Positions 47,941 through 58,723 of a DNA stretch of 64,000 nucleotides are shown in pieces (within the stretch, counting starts at the first letter, position 1; each line of letters opens with the position of its first letter). The stretch is from NCBI GenBank assembly GCA_002345425.1, contig DDWA01000019.1:411-64410 (forward strand), read 5' to 3'. This stretch comes from Bacillales bacterium UBA2298. GTDB taxonomy: Bacteria; Bacillota_I; Bacilli_A; Izemoplasmatales; Hujiaoplasmataceae. The notes below the pieces were generated by a model that saw only the letters and a list, made by a program, of their open reading frames with translations, searched no databases and was not told the origin of the DNA. The position numbers and the translations under genes were made by a program.

Positions 47941-48666
47941 ATGCAAAGATACTTTGTGAAAGCAAATCAAATTAATAATAATTTAATTACAATAATCGAT
48001 AAAGACGCACACCACATCAAAGATGTGATGCGTTTTAAACATAGAGATTTAGTAATTGTAAATACTGAAGACGGAGATTTATACCAAGCTAAGATTATTG
48101 AATTTACTAAAAAGGAAGTCATATTGGAAATAACTTCTAAGATGGACAATGATTATAAACCTTTAAATTTAGTTTTAGGTATAAGTCTAATTAAGAAGGA
48201 TAATTTTGAACTTATCTTACAAAAAACAACTGAACTTGGAATTAGAAAAATAATTCCTCTTAAAACCGAGAGGTCCATTATCAAAATTGATGATTTTGAT
48301 AAGAAGAAACTACGTTATCAGACAATCGTCAAAGAAGCTTCCGAACAATCAGAAAGAACGATTCTGCCGATTATAGCAGATGAAACAGAGATTACAAATA
48401 TCGATTTGTCTGAGTATGATTATAAATTTATTTGTTTTGCTAGAGAAAATAGTAATTTAATTAACAATGAACTAAAGAGTTATCAACCTAATAAAAAAGC
48501 TTTGGTTTTAATCGGACCTGAAGGTGGTTTCTCACCAAGTGAAATTACTAAATATCTTAAGTTAGGTTTTACTACCGTCTCCTTAGGAAAAACTATCTTA
48601 CGTGCTGAAACGGCAGCTATTTATGTAACATCGCTATTCAGATATCTCGAGGAGGTATATAAATGA
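47941..48666 (+). CDS. rsmE: 16S rRNA (uracil1498-N3)-methyltransferase
   Basis: 241 aa. It has an N-terminal PUA-like region and the C-terminal motifs GPEGGFS and LRAETA. Synteny with mtaB supports the call. Confidence 0.85.
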   Translation: MQRYFVKANQINNNLITIIDKDAHHIKDVMRFKHRDLVIVNTEDGDLYQAKIIEFTKKEVILEITSKMDNDYKPLNLVLGISLIKKDNFELILQKTTELGIRKIIPLKTERSIIKIDDFDKKKLRYQTIVKEASEQSERTILPIIADETEITNIDLSEYDYKFICFARENSNLINNELKSYQPNKKALVLIGPEGGFSPSEITKYLKLGFTTVSLGKTILRAETAAIYVTSLFRYLEEVYK

Positions 48667-49952
48667 AAGTAGCTTTTCATACCTTAGGTTGTAAGGTAAA
48701 TTCATATGAAACAGAAGCAGTTATGGAAAAATTCATTGCCAGAGGATATGAAATAGTCAATTATGATGACTTTAGCGATGTTTACGTTGTTAACTCTTGT
48801 ATGGTTACAAATGCAGGTGAAAAAAAATCTAAACAGATGATTAGAAGACCTCATAATTATAATCCTAAGGCAATTATTATTGTCATGGGTTGTTTGACCC
48901 AACTAAAAGCTGAAGAAATTCTTGAGATTGAAGGAGTAAAAATTGTTTTAGGTACCAAGAACCGGGACTTAATAGTAGATTACTTAGAAACTTATCTAAA
49001 AGAAAAACAACCACTTAACATGGTTTCGCCATTGGAAACAAAAGAAAATTACGATCCTTTGGCAATCATCGATTTTAAAAAACAAAAACGTGCATTTTTA
49101 AAAATACAGGATGGATGTAATAATTTCTGTACTTACTGCATCATTCCTTATACTAGAGGAAGAATTAGATCAAAGACAAGAAATGTAATCATCGAAGAAG
49201 TCAATTATTTAGTTGAAAACGGACATATTGAAGTGGTTTTAACCGGAATTCATACTGGTGGCTATGGTGAAGATTTAGAAGATTATAGTTTCGCAGAACT
49301 ATTAAAGGATTTAGAATCAATTTCCGGTTTAAAAAGAATAAGAATTTCTTCGATAGAAATTACTGAAATTGATGATGAAATCTTATCAGTCATCGCAAAG
49401 TCTAATAAAATTGTTCACCATTTACATGTTCCGTTACAAAGTGGAACCAACCGAATTTTAAAATTAATGAACCGTAAATATACAACAAAAGAATACCAAA
49501 GTATGATTGAAGCAATTAGAAATAAAATACCGGATGTTGCCTTTACAACGGATGTTATTGTTGGCTTCCCTGGCGAAACCGATGAAGATTTTGAAGAAGC
49601 ATATAACTTTATTAAAAATGTCGGTTTCCAAGAGTTACATGTTTTCCCTTATTCAAGAAGACAAGGAACAGTCGCTGATAAAATGCCTAATCAAGTTGAT
49701 GGACGCCTGAAGAAAGATCGTGTTCATAGATTGATTGAATTAAGCGATAAGTTGATGGAAGAACACATTAAAAAAAGCATTGGTTCTATTCACTATGTGA
49801 TAGCTGAACAAGTTAAGGAAGGTTTTTTAGTAGGACACTCGCGAGATTACATTGCCTTAAAGTTTATTGGTAGTGAAAATCTCCTTGGCCAAGAAGTTAA
49901 AGTTCAAATTATCAGCGCTGATAAACCATATAATAACGCAATATTGGTATAA
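48663..49952 (+). CDS. mtaB: tRNA (t6A37) methylthiotransferase MtaB (radical SAM)
   Basis: 429 aa. The N-terminus is TLGCKVNSYE. The radical-SAM motif is CNNFCTYCIIP. A TRAM-like C-terminus follows. Its start forms an ATGA overlap with rsmE. Confidence 0.85.
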   Translation: MKVAFHTLGCKVNSYETEAVMEKFIARGYEIVNYDDFSDVYVVNSCMVTNAGEKKSKQMIRRPHNYNPKAIIIVMGCLTQLKAEEILEIEGVKIVLGTKNRDLIVDYLETYLKEKQPLNMVSPLETKENYDPLAIIDFKKQKRAFLKIQDGCNNFCTYCIIPYTRGRIRSKTRNVIIEEVNYLVENGHIEVVLTGIHTGGYGEDLEDYSFAELLKDLESISGLKRIRISSIEITEIDDEILSVIAKSNKIVHHLHVPLQSGTNRILKLMNRKYTTKEYQSMIEAIRNKIPDVAFTTDVIVGFPGETDEDFEEAYNFIKNVGFQELHVFPYSRRQGTVADKMPNQVDGRLKKDRVHRLIELSDKLMEEHIKKSIGSIHYVIAEQVKEGFLVGHSRDYIALKFIGSENLLGQEVKVQIISADKPYNNAILV

Positions 49953-49954
49953 AA

Positions 49955-49986
49955 AAATCCTCTATTTGAAAGAGGATTTATTTTTT
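49955..49986. terminator. Bidirectional terminator
   Basis: The stem aaatcctct/agaggattt is flanked by A- and T-runs. Confidence 0.8.
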
Positions 49987-50628
49987 CTTATTTTTCTTAT
50001 CTTTTTTGCTTAATTTAGATAGTTTAAATTTCTTTTGAACTTTTTTAGAATTCTTTACAATGTCATAAGCCAATATATTATCATTTTCATGATTAACTAA
50101 ACGATATGGATTGCTTTCATTGATATTTAACGGCAATTCATAAAGAAAAGCAATCATCGGCGTTAACATTTGATATTTATTGATAGCTTTAATTAAACCC
50201 TTAACTTTTTTAGATTTATCCCATTGATATAAAACTCGTTCGTTATCATCCAAGACTAAAAGTATAAGTTCACTTTTGTTTTTATCAGCTGAAGTGTAAC
50301 TTCTCAGTAAGACTTGTTCTGGTAAATTTTTATAGAAATATTCTAAATATCTCTTAGTTAAAGTTTTCCCTTTTCTTTTTAGAGATTTATAAGTATTGGT
50401 ATTATCAACCGTATATTTGTTTATCAAATCTTCTATCAACATATTGCCATTATATTTTTTATTGATGGTTTTATCGAATCTCTTGTAAAAACGGCGGTAT
50501 CTAACCTTATATTTACGTCTTGTAATGATTATTCCCAGCAAACTCAAGGCAAGAATTCCAGCAACAACAATAATTATTATTCCTGTTATATCTAATGTTA
50601 AAAATCGTAGAGTGCTGTTCATAATCAT
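49978..50628 (-). CDS. Lys-rich, N-terminally membrane-anchored protein of unknown function
   Basis: 216 aa. It has one TM (ITGIIIIVVAGILALSLLGIIIT), a basic juxtamembrane stretch and a poly-Lys C-terminus. Confidence 0.45.
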   Translation of the reverse strand: MIMNSTLRFLTLDITGIIIIVVAGILALSLLGIIITRRKYKVRYRRFYKRFDKTINKKYNGNMLIEDLINKYTVDNTNTYKSLKRKGKTLTKRYLEYFYKNLPEQVLLRSYTSADKNKSELILLVLDDNERVLYQWDKSKKVKGLIKAINKYQMLTPMIAFLYELPLNINESNPYRLVNHENDNILAYDIVKNSKKVQKKFKLSKLSKKDKKNKKK

Positions 50629-50788
50629 TCCCTTTCTTTGTACTTTAGTTTCTTATTCACTAATTTTAATTTCTTGTTTAATTTTACCACAAATACGCAG
50701 TTAAATAAATATATTTTCAAAAAAAATAAGTTTACTTTTACTTAATAATTTAGTATAATACTAGATGGTAAGAAAAGGGGTGAAAGCA

Positions 50789-50962
50789 ATGGCTAAAACT
50801 GTCGTCAGAGATAACGAGACAATTGAAGATGCACTTAGACGTTTTAAACGTGATGTTTCGCGTTCGGGAAATCTTGCTCAAGCCCGTAAAAAAGAGTATT
50901 ACGAAAAACCAAGTGTTACCAAAAAATTAAAACTACGTGCAAATAAGGCTCGTAAGAAATAA
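50789..50962 (+). CDS. rpsU: 30S ribosomal protein S21
   Basis: 57 aa from the ATG at 50789, with an AAAGGGGTGA RBS. The sequence is [27 protein letters not shown]... Confidence 0.9.
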   Translation: MAKTVVRDNETIEDALRRFKRDVSRSGNLAQARKKEYYEKPSVTKKLKLRANKARKK

Positions 50963-50976
50963 CAATTAATAAATTT

Positions 50977-51008
50977 TGACAATTCATTGAATTGTCATTA
51001 TTTTTTTC
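50977..51008 (+). terminator. rpsU terminator
   Basis: The stem tgacaattc/gaattgtca is followed by a T-run. Confidence 0.8.
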
Positions 51009-51082
51009 CAGTAAGTATTTTTTTTGAACTTATGATATAATAAATTTATCTAATGAACACTTTCAAATTGAAGGAGGACTGT

Positions 51083-51985
51083 ATGAATCAAAAACTAGAC
51101 AAGACGATTAAATGGTTATATCGAAATGGTAGACCTTTAGACGTTGCCAGATATGAATATCTATTTCATAATACCAACAAGGAATTAGTCGAGAGGGCTT
51201 TAAAAAGCTATCAGAATAGCGATGGCGGCTTTGGCCATGGCTTAGAGCCGGATTCGCAAAATCCTTTCTCTTCTCCAATACAAACTTGGATGGCTATGGA
51301 AGTTATCGAAGAACTTGGTTTAGATAATAAAAATAAGATTGTGAAAAATGTTTTGGATTACTTAATCAATAAAGCACCTCGTAAAGACGGACTTTATCCG
51401 GCGACAATTTCGACAAATAATTTCTATCCGCATGCATCTTGGTGGACTCATAGTCCCGAAGGTGCTGTTTGGGGATTCAATCCAACAATTGCGATTGCTG
51501 GATTCATCTACAAGCACGCAGTCGATGCTTCACAAAAACAGTTAGCTACTGAATTAATTCAAAAAGGGATAAATTCGCTTTTAGATAATCCTTCGAATAA
51601 TATGCATGAAATTAGAGCGTATTTAGAGATGGTTAACATAGTAACTGATCTTTCTAAGTTTTCTAAACATCAAGAATTCTTAGATAAACTTCTGGAACAA
51701 ATTGATTATAATATCGAAAAGAATACCAGTCTCTGGTTTAAGACTTACTGCGTTAGACCTTTGCAATTTTTTGATAAACCAAATCTTTTTGGATATGAAA
51801 AATTTTCAGAACTAGCTAAACTAGAAGCGGGAATGATTCTTGAAAATTTGAATAATGATGGTTTTTGGGATATAACATGGTCTTGGGATAATTATAAAGA
51901 AGCCGAAGCAATCGCTAAAAGGGATTGGCAGTCTTCAATAATTATCGGCTATTTAAAAATTCTCAAAGCTTATGATATAAATTGA
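51083..51985 (+). CDS. Hypothetical protein, possibly with alpha/alpha-toroid (prenyltransferase/terpene-cyclase-like) repeats
   Basis: 300 aa from the ATG at 51083, with an AAGGAGGA RBS. The motif YQNSDGGFGHGLEPD resembles the DGG(F/W)G repeats of toroid-fold proteins. The assignment is weak. Confidence 0.35.
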   Translation: MNQKLDKTIKWLYRNGRPLDVARYEYLFHNTNKELVERALKSYQNSDGGFGHGLEPDSQNPFSSPIQTWMAMEVIEELGLDNKNKIVKNVLDYLINKAPRKDGLYPATISTNNFYPHASWWTHSPEGAVWGFNPTIAIAGFIYKHAVDASQKQLATELIQKGINSLLDNPSNNMHEIRAYLEMVNIVTDLSKFSKHQEFLDKLLEQIDYNIEKNTSLWFKTYCVRPLQFFDKPNLFGYEKFSELAKLEAGMILENLNNDGFWDITWSWDNYKEAEAIAKRDWQSSIIIGYLKILKAYDIN

Positions 51986-52010
51986 TGAATGATAGGAGAG
52001 ATTAATCTTA

Positions 52011-52979
52011 GTGACAAACATTGTAAAATTAGATCCGGAAATCAGTAATCTTAATGAGTTGGTTGATATCCTTGGAGTCCATGATAAAAATATTAAATTA
52101 CTTGGCAAATTACTCAAAGTCAACATTTACTCCAACAACGAAGAAGTACTGATAGATAGCGAAGATGAAGAAAAGATTTTAAAACTTAAGAAAATATTTC
52201 AGATAATGATCAAGCTGATTAGGAACAATATTGTTTTTAGTGAGCGAGATATTATCTATCTTTTCCACACTGTGGATAAAATTGACAATAATGAAATTAT
52301 AAGTTTGTTTTTAAGCAGAAAAGAAATAATCAAAACCTATAGTGGAAAACCCGTTTATCCAAAAACGATTAATCAGAAAAAATATCTTGAAGCTATAGAA
52401 AAAAATACATTGATATTTGGAATTGGTCCAGCTGGTACGGGTAAAACCTATCTAGCTGTCTTATCTGCATTGAAAAAACTTAAAGATAACCAAATTAAAA
52501 GAATTATTTTAACCAGACCAGCAGTAGAAGCTGGAGAAAAATTAGGGTTTTTACCGGGCGATTTAAAAGAAAAAATCGATCCTTACTTAAGACCCCTTTA
52601 TGATGCAATGTATGAAATTTTAGGTGTGAAACAAAGTACTGAATTTATTGAAAAAGGAATCATTGAAATTGCTCCACTTGCTTATATGCGGGGACGTACA
52701 CTAGAAAATGCTTACGTCATTCTTGACGAAGCTCAAAACACGACAATCAACCAAATGAAACTATTTTTAACAAGACTTGGTTTTGGTTCAAAAATGATTG
52801 TTACTGGCGACATCACTCAAAGTGATTTGCCACCTCAAGTGCTTTCAGGCTTAGTTAAAGCTTCTTATATCCTGAAAAATGTCGATGATATAAAAATATT
52901 ATATTTTGATGAATTAGACGTTGTTAGACATCCATTAGTCCAAACGATTATCAAGAGGTTCGAAGATGCTAAAAATTAA
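52011..52979 (+). CDS. phoH: PhoH-family ATPase
   Basis: 322 aa. Walker A is GPAGTGKTYLAV. The motifs LDEAQN and TGDITQ are present. Confidence 0.9.
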   Translation: MTNIVKLDPEISNLNELVDILGVHDKNIKLLGKLLKVNIYSNNEEVLIDSEDEEKILKLKKIFQIMIKLIRNNIVFSERDIIYLFHTVDKIDNNEIISLFLSRKEIIKTYSGKPVYPKTINQKKYLEAIEKNTLIFGIGPAGTGKTYLAVLSALKKLKDNQIKRIILTRPAVEAGEKLGFLPGDLKEKIDPYLRPLYDAMYEILGVKQSTEFIEKGIIEIAPLAYMRGRTLENAYVILDEAQNTTINQMKLFLTRLGFGSKMIVTGDITQSDLPPQVLSGLVKASYILKNVDDIKILYFDELDVVRHPLVQTIIKRFEDAKN

Positions 52980-53397
52980 TATTTTTAACCAGTATAATGA
53001 AGACAAAGAATATAACAAAATCATCAATAAAATTTTAAAACAAGCATACAAATTTTTAAAGTTCAAAGAAAAAATGATTGTTAATGTTGTTTTAGTTGAT
53101 AATAAAGCTATTAAAGATATGAATAAAAATTACCGCAATATTGATAAAGAAACTGATGTCTTAAGTTTTGAAAATGACGGATATACGACTGAAATTGGCG
53201 ATATATTCATTTCAATTGATAAAGTCAAAGAACAAGCAACAGCTTACAACCATAGTTTTGCAAGAGAATTAGCGTTTCTATCTGTCCATGGGTTCTTACA
53301 TTGTTTAGGTTATGATCACTTAAACAAAGAAGATGAATTAGAAATGTTTAGTTTGCAAGACGAAATCTTAGAAATATCTAAATATAGGAGGACATAA
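52966..53397 (+). CDS. ybeY: rRNA maturation endoribonuclease YbeY
   Basis: 143 aa. The motif is HGFLHCLGYDH. Confidence 0.9.
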   Translation: MLKINIFNQYNEDKEYNKIINKILKQAYKFLKFKEKMIVNVVLVDNKAIKDMNKNYRNIDKETDVLSFENDGYTTEIGDIFISIDKVKEQATAYNHSFARELAFLSVHGFLHCLGYDHLNKEDELEMFSLQDEILEISKYRRT

Positions 53398-53789
53398 TGA
53401 ATAATCTACTAAAATTAGCGAAAGAGAATATTAAAAATGCCTATGTGCCTTATTCTCATTTCCGAGTATCTGCAGTTCTAAAACTAAAAAACGGCGAGAC
53501 AATCAAAGGAATCAACGTTGAAAATGCTTCTTATGGTCTGTCAAACTGTGCTGAAAGATCAGCTTTATTCGCTGCTTATTCTCAAGGAATTAGAAAAGAG
53601 GATATTGAATCAATATTAGTTTATACTGATAAAGATTATTTTGTTTCACCATGCGGCGCTTGTCGTCAAGTGATGAATGAACTGATGGAGCCTGATGCAA
53701 AAGTCTATTTTGCAAACAGCAAGGATGAAATCAAGGAATTATTAAACAAAGATCTTTTACCTTATGGATTTTCTAAAGAGGATTTATAA
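53397..53789 (+). CDS. cdd: Cytidine deaminase
   Basis: 130 aa. The Zn motifs CAERSA and PCGACRQ are present. Confidence 0.9.
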   Translation: MNNLLKLAKENIKNAYVPYSHFRVSAVLKLKNGETIKGINVENASYGLSNCAERSALFAAYSQGIRKEDIESILVYTDKDYFVSPCGACRQVMNELMEPDAKVYFANSKDEIKELLNKDLLPYGFSKEDL

Positions 53790-54679
53790 TGTTTAAGAGT
53801 GGTTTTGTCTCGATTATTGGCGAACCAAATGTTGGTAAGTCAACTTTTTTAAATCAAGTTCTTAAACAAAAAGTCGCAATTGTATCAAATAAACCGCAAA
53901 CAACCAGAAATGTTTTTTCTGGTATTTATAATGACGATGAATCACAGATAATTTTTATTGATACTCCCGGTATCCACCAAGCTAAAACAAAGTTAGGTGA
54001 ATACATGAGTTCTGCCGCTTTATCAACCATAAAATCAGTTGATTTGGTTTTGTTTATGATCAACGCATATGATGATGTATTAGAATACAACTTGAAAATC
54101 ATGGAAAAACTTCAAGGTGTTAAAACACCAGTTTTCCTTATTATCAACAAGTTGGATACCATAACTGATTTTGAGCGTTTAAATCAAGCGATAGAAGTGT
54201 ATAAACAAGCATATGATTTTCAAGGTGTCTTCGGCATTTCTGCACTTAAAGGCGATAATGTTGATTTATTGTTATTGGATATTAAAAAAGAACTATCAGA
54301 AGGACCTAAATACTATATGGATGGGGAGATATCAGATCGTCCGGAAACTTTTTTGATTCAAGAGTTCATTCGTGAAAAAATTCTTGAGTTTACTCATGAA
54401 GAAGTACCCCATTCAGTGATGGTTTATTTAGAGTCATATAAAAATAAGAAACATATTATTGAAATACTAGCAACAGTTGTCGTTGAAAGAAAATCACAAA
54501 AAGGCATTATTATCGGCAAGAATGGCGCGATGCTAAAAAGAATAGGATCAGCTGCCAGAATTGACATTGAAGCACTTTTAGGCGCTAAAGTTTATTTAGA
54601 GTTATTCTGTAAAGTGGAAGAAAATTGGCGAAATCGAGAATATTATTTAAAATCATACGGGTATAAAGATATAGAATAG
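53789..54679 (+). CDS. era: GTPase Era
   Basis: 296 aa. It has G1 (GEPNVGKST), DTPG and NKLD, plus a C-terminal KH domain. Confidence 0.95.
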   Translation: MFKSGFVSIIGEPNVGKSTFLNQVLKQKVAIVSNKPQTTRNVFSGIYNDDESQIIFIDTPGIHQAKTKLGEYMSSAALSTIKSVDLVLFMINAYDDVLEYNLKIMEKLQGVKTPVFLIINKLDTITDFERLNQAIEVYKQAYDFQGVFGISALKGDNVDLLLLDIKKELSEGPKYYMDGEISDRPETFLIQEFIREKILEFTHEEVPHSVMVYLESYKNKKHIIEILATVVVERKSQKGIIIGKNGAMLKRIGSAARIDIEALLGAKVYLELFCKVEENWRNREYYLKSYGYKDIE

Positions 54680-54690
54680 AGGCAATCTAG

Positions 54691-55407
54691 TTGGAAGAGT
54701 ATCGTGGCATTATTCTAAAAAAAATTAATTTTAAAGAAAGTTCAGAAATCATCTATTTATATACAGAGACAGGGCTTGTCGGAGTTTTGGTTCATGGCAG
54801 TAAAACCATGAAAAGTCCTCATTTAAACCTGACTAAAGTTTTGAATCATGTCAAAGTAATAATCAGTGGGAAAAATCTCAAAGTTTTGCGTGATGGAGAA
54901 GTTATAAACAATTATTCTTCGATACATAGTGACTTAGAGAAATATACTTATTTATTACATTTAGCAGAATTGATCTATTACTTTTCGACTCACGAACATG
55001 ATCATGAAAAACTTTATAATTTTTTAATAAAAATTCTAGAACAAATTAAAGATAAAGAAGAATATATTCCATATATCAATATGTGTGAATTAAAATTACT
55101 TTATCTCTTAGGAGTTAATCCTAATTTAAATTCATGCATGATTTGTCAAAACACACAAAACTTGGTTTTTTCCGTAAAAGAAGGTGGAGTATTTTGTCCA
55201 GATCATTTACCAGATTATTATTATAGTAATAAAGTCTTAGCTGCAGTTCAAAAACTTTATTATTTTGATCTCAATAAAGAACAACGACTAGAAATTGATA
55301 ATTCTTTACTAAGAGACATTAGAAACGTAATTGATGAATATTATGACTATCACTTGAATTACCATTCAAAGACGCGGAAAATGTTAAAGGGACTTATTGG
55401 CTATTGA
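54691..55407 (+). CDS. recO: DNA repair protein RecO
   Basis: 238 aa with a TTG start. It has an OB-fold N-terminus and a Cys motif CMICQ...FCPDH. Synteny after era supports the call. Confidence 0.8.
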   Translation: MEEYRGIILKKINFKESSEIIYLYTETGLVGVLVHGSKTMKSPHLNLTKVLNHVKVIISGKNLKVLRDGEVINNYSSIHSDLEKYTYLLHLAELIYYFSTHEHDHEKLYNFLIKILEQIKDKEEYIPYINMCELKLLYLLGVNPNLNSCMICQNTQNLVFSVKEGGVFCPDHLPDYYYSNKVLAAVQKLYYFDLNKEQRLEIDNSLLRDIRNVIDEYYDYHLNYHSKTRKMLKGLIGY

Positions 55408-55442
55408 TGAGTTCTTTTTCTTTTTTTATGTTCTTAATCGGT

Positions 55443-55471
55443 TTGACTTCAGCGCTTAAAAAGAGTATAAT
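55443..55471 (+). promoter_or_regulatory. Sigma-A-type promoter (TTGACT-17-TATAAT) for glyQS
   Basis: The hexamers lie at 55443-55448 and 55466-55471. Confidence 0.55.
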
Positions 55472-55511
55472 TAAAATGAGTTAGTATGCGAAAAAAACGG
55501 AGGAAATTGCT

Positions 55512-56894
55512 TTGAAATATACTATTGAACAGTTAAATGCTTATACTAAGCGTTATGGTTTCGTTTATCAAGGTTCGGAGATTTATGGCGGTCTAGCAAA
55601 CACTTGGGATTACGGTCCTCTTGGAGTAAGTTTAAAAAATAATATTAAACAACTATGGTGGAAACGTTTTGTTTCCCAAAATAAATATAATGTCGGAATC
55701 GATTCGTCGATTCTTCTTAACCCGAAAACATGGGAAGCTACTGGTCATGTCAGCGGTTTTAAAGACCCTTTGATGGATTGCAAAATATGTAAATCTAGAT
55801 ATAGAGCTGATAATTTGATCTCACAATCAACTAAGAATGAAGTAGACGCTGACGGGTGGGATTATCAAAAAATGTATGATTACATTATCGAACATAAAAT
55901 CAAATGTCCAAATTGCGGCAGTCACGATTTCACAGAAATTCGTGAATTTAATCTAATGTTCAAAACATCACAAGGTGTTACTTCCGAAAATAATAATGAG
56001 ATATATCTTCGTCCTGAGACAGCGCAAGGAATATTTTTAAATTTTAAAAATGTCGTAAGAACTTCAAGAAAAAAAGTTCCTTTTGGAATTGGACAAATTG
56101 GTAAATCGTTTAGAAATGAAATAACTCCAGGAAATTTCGTTTTCCGTACTCGTGAATTCGAACAAATGGAACTTGAATTTTTCTGTGTTCCCGGAACGGA
56201 AATTGAATGGTTTGAATATTGGAAAAATTTTGCTAAAGAATTCCTTGAAGAAGTTGGCTTAAAAACTGAAAACATTAAGTTTTATAATCATCCCAAAGAA
56301 AAATTATCATTTTATTCAAATGCGACAACTGATGTTTTATATAATTTTCCATGGGGTTTCGATGAGTTATGGGGAATTGCATCGAGAACGGATTATGATT
56401 TAAGAAGACACCAAGAATATTCAGGAGAAAATCTAGAGTATCTTGACCCCAATACTAATGAAAGTTATTTACCTTATGTAATCGAACCTTCATTAGGTGT
56501 TGAAAGATTGTTTTTAGCTATTTTATTGGATAATTTAGAAGAGGAAGAACTAGCTGACGGCGAAACTAGAACTTTACTAAAAATAAGTAAAGATTTGGCT
56601 CCTTATCAAGTTAACGTCTTACCTTTATTAAAAAAATATCACACTGAAAAATCAGAAGAAGTATATGAAATTCTAATGAAAGACTTCGTTGCTTTCTATG
56701 ATGATGCAGGTAACATAGGCAGAAGGTATAGAAGAGCAGATGCCATAGGAACGCCTTACTGTGTAACAATCGATAATCAAACTTTAGAAGATCATACCGT
56801 TACTATTAGGGAAAGAGACTCAATGGAACAAATAAGAGTCAAAATTCAAGATTTAAAGGCGCATTTACAAAAAGAATTTGACACAAATAGTTAA
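55512..56894 (+). CDS. glyQS: Glycine-tRNA ligase (homodimeric class II type)
   Basis: 460 aa with a TTG start after a GGAGG RBS. Motifs seen: [21 protein letters not shown] and EPSLGVERL. Confidence 0.95.
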   Translation: MKYTIEQLNAYTKRYGFVYQGSEIYGGLANTWDYGPLGVSLKNNIKQLWWKRFVSQNKYNVGIDSSILLNPKTWEATGHVSGFKDPLMDCKICKSRYRADNLISQSTKNEVDADGWDYQKMYDYIIEHKIKCPNCGSHDFTEIREFNLMFKTSQGVTSENNNEIYLRPETAQGIFLNFKNVVRTSRKKVPFGIGQIGKSFRNEITPGNFVFRTREFEQMELEFFCVPGTEIEWFEYWKNFAKEFLEEVGLKTENIKFYNHPKEKLSFYSNATTDVLYNFPWGFDELWGIASRTDYDLRRHQEYSGENLEYLDPNTNESYLPYVIEPSLGVERLFLAILLDNLEEEELADGETRTLLKISKDLAPYQVNVLPLLKKYHTEKSEEVYEILMKDFVAFYDDAGNIGRRYRRADAIGTPYCVTIDNQTLEDHTVTIRERDSMEQIRVKIQDLKAHLQKEFDTNS

Positions 56895-56908
56895 AAGAAA
56901 GGTAAATA

Positions 56909-58723
56909 ATGGCCAGATACAGTCAGAAAAAAGTAGAAGAAATTACAAGAACTGCTGACATAGTAGATGTAATATCTGAATTTGTATCGTTGCAACAAGC
57001 GGGCAAAAGCATGAAAGGTCTTTGCCCTTTTCATAATGAAAAAACACCTTCATTCTTTGTCAGTAAAGACCGACAATTATTTAATTGTTTCGGCTGCGAT
57101 GAAAAAGGCAACGTTATTCAATTTATCTCTAAATATAAACATTTAGAATATTGGGAAGCTGTCAAGTTTTTAGCTGATAAATATGGCATTGAAGCTGATT
57201 ATAAAGATGATATTAAAAGAAACGATAATTCTGTAAGATATTTCAGGATTAATGAACTTGCAAAGCAGTTTTTTTCCTTACAATTATTGAATTTGGAGAT
57301 AGGAAACGATGCTTTGAATTATTTAAAAAAACGTGGTTTCAATGAACAAACTCTTAACTATTTTGATATTGGTTTTGCTCCTAAGAGTGGGAATCTTTTG
57401 TGGGAAAGTCTTTCAAAAGATTTTAATGATTATGAGCTTTTAGAAGTTGGATTAGTAGCTAAAAATCAGAGTGAATACTATGATGTTTTCAGAAATAAAA
57501 TCATGTTTCCAATCAATAACGAATTAGGAAAAACAGTTGGGTTTAGCGGTAGAATTTTCAATAATGAAGAAAACGCCGCAAAGTATGTGAATTCTACGCA
57601 AACAGATATTTTTACTAAATCTGATGTTTTATATAACTTAGATAAAGCGATTCCTTTCATTAATCAAAACAAGCGATTAGTTCTAATGGAAGGCTTCTTT
57701 GATGTTATTAGCGCTTATACAGCTGATGTTAAAGAAGCGGTTTGTTCGATGGGAACTGCACTTACTTTAAGCCAAGCTAACTTGATTAAAAAGTATACCG
57801 ACACAGTGGTAGTTTGCTACGATGGCGATGATGCGGGCGTAAGAGCCGCTTACAAAGCTTTAATATTATTGGGACAAGTTGGTCTAGACGTTAAAGTTGC
57901 ACTTTTACCCGATGGGTTAGATCCTGATGATTATATCAAAAAAAACTCTAAGGAAAGTTTTAGAAACATCCTTAAGAATAATTTGTTAGATCAGTATGAT
58001 TTCGTTTATGAGATTATAGTAAGTAAAAAAGATTTATCAAAACCAGCTGAAATCGAAAAGGCTAAACTAGCTTTATTTGAGTATCTAAATAAAGTAGCCA
58101 GTTCCACGATTAGGGAAATATATTTAAAAAAATTTAGCAATGATACCAAAGTCAATTACGAAGATATTTTGGCTGATTATCATCATTTCCAAATGGAAAA
58201 TGCTAGATTGAACAATATTAGGCAACGACAAAATGCAATTACTAAAGCAAGCAGTCAACAACTCTTGTCAAAAAAAGCGGTTGAGTCTGCAAGTAGAAAA
58301 GTTATCAATTATTATTCTATTTTTGAAGAATCGCGTAACTTAATAAACAGCAGACTAGATAGCTTAAAGATTGATAATAACCGTTATTTAGCATTTTTAA
58401 TGACGCTTACAGCATTATACCGCGGTGATGTAACAATCAACGAAATGCAGATAAAAAAAGATTTTTCCGACATTACCGAAGATGAAATCAAACTTTTTCG
58501 CAAAGGAACTAACTCAAGCTATAACGAGCAAGAATTGTTGGACTGTTTAGACACGTTAATGGAAAACAAATATGAATATGATTTTATAAATTTACAAGAA
58601 AAGTTATCTAATGATGTGAATACACGCGAAGAAGCTAATGAAGTAATGATTAAAATGATAGAATTACGCAATAACATCCAATCCATAAGGGGGAAAAGAA
58701 ATGTCAAAAAAACAAGCAATTGA
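56909..58723 (+). CDS. dnaG: DNA primase
   Basis: 604 aa. It has the Zn finger [11 protein letters not shown]...CFGC and a TOPRIM region (EGFFDV...DGDDAG). Confidence 0.95.
   Translation: MARYSQKKVEEITRTADIVDVISEFVSLQQAGKSMKGLCPFHNEKTPSFFVSKDRQLFNCFGCDEKGNVIQFISKYKHLEYWEAVKFLADKYGIEADYKDDIKRNDNSVRYFRINELAKQFFSLQLLNLEIGNDALNYLKKRGFNEQTLNYFDIGFAPKSGNLLWESLSKDFNDYELLEVGLVAKNQSEYYDVFRNKIMFPINNELGKTVGFSGRIFNNEENAAKYVNSTQTDIFTKSDVLYNLDKAIPFINQNKRLVLMEGFFDVISAYTADVKEAVCSMGTALTLSQANLIKKYTDTVVVCYDGDDAGVRAAYKALILLGQVGLDVKVALLPDGLDPDDYIKKNSKESFRNILKNNLLDQYDFVYEIIVSKKDLSKPAEIEKAKLALFEYLNKVASSTIREIYLKKFSNDTKVNYEDILADYHHFQMENARLNNIRQRQNAITKASSQQLLSKKAVESASRKVINYYSIFEESRNLINSRLDSLKIDNNRYLAFLMTLTALYRGDVTINEMQIKKDFSDITEDEIKLFRKGTNSSYNEQELLDCLDTLMENKYEYDFINLQEKLSNDVNTREEANEVMIKMIELRNNIQSIRGKRNVKKTSN

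Noticed and set aside
55408-55511. I looked for a T-box leader upstream of glyQS.
   Set aside because: The gap is only about 100 nt and holds a consensus promoter. It has no specifier-loop or T-box (AANNNGGGTGGTACCGCG-like) sequence and no terminator/antiterminator pair.
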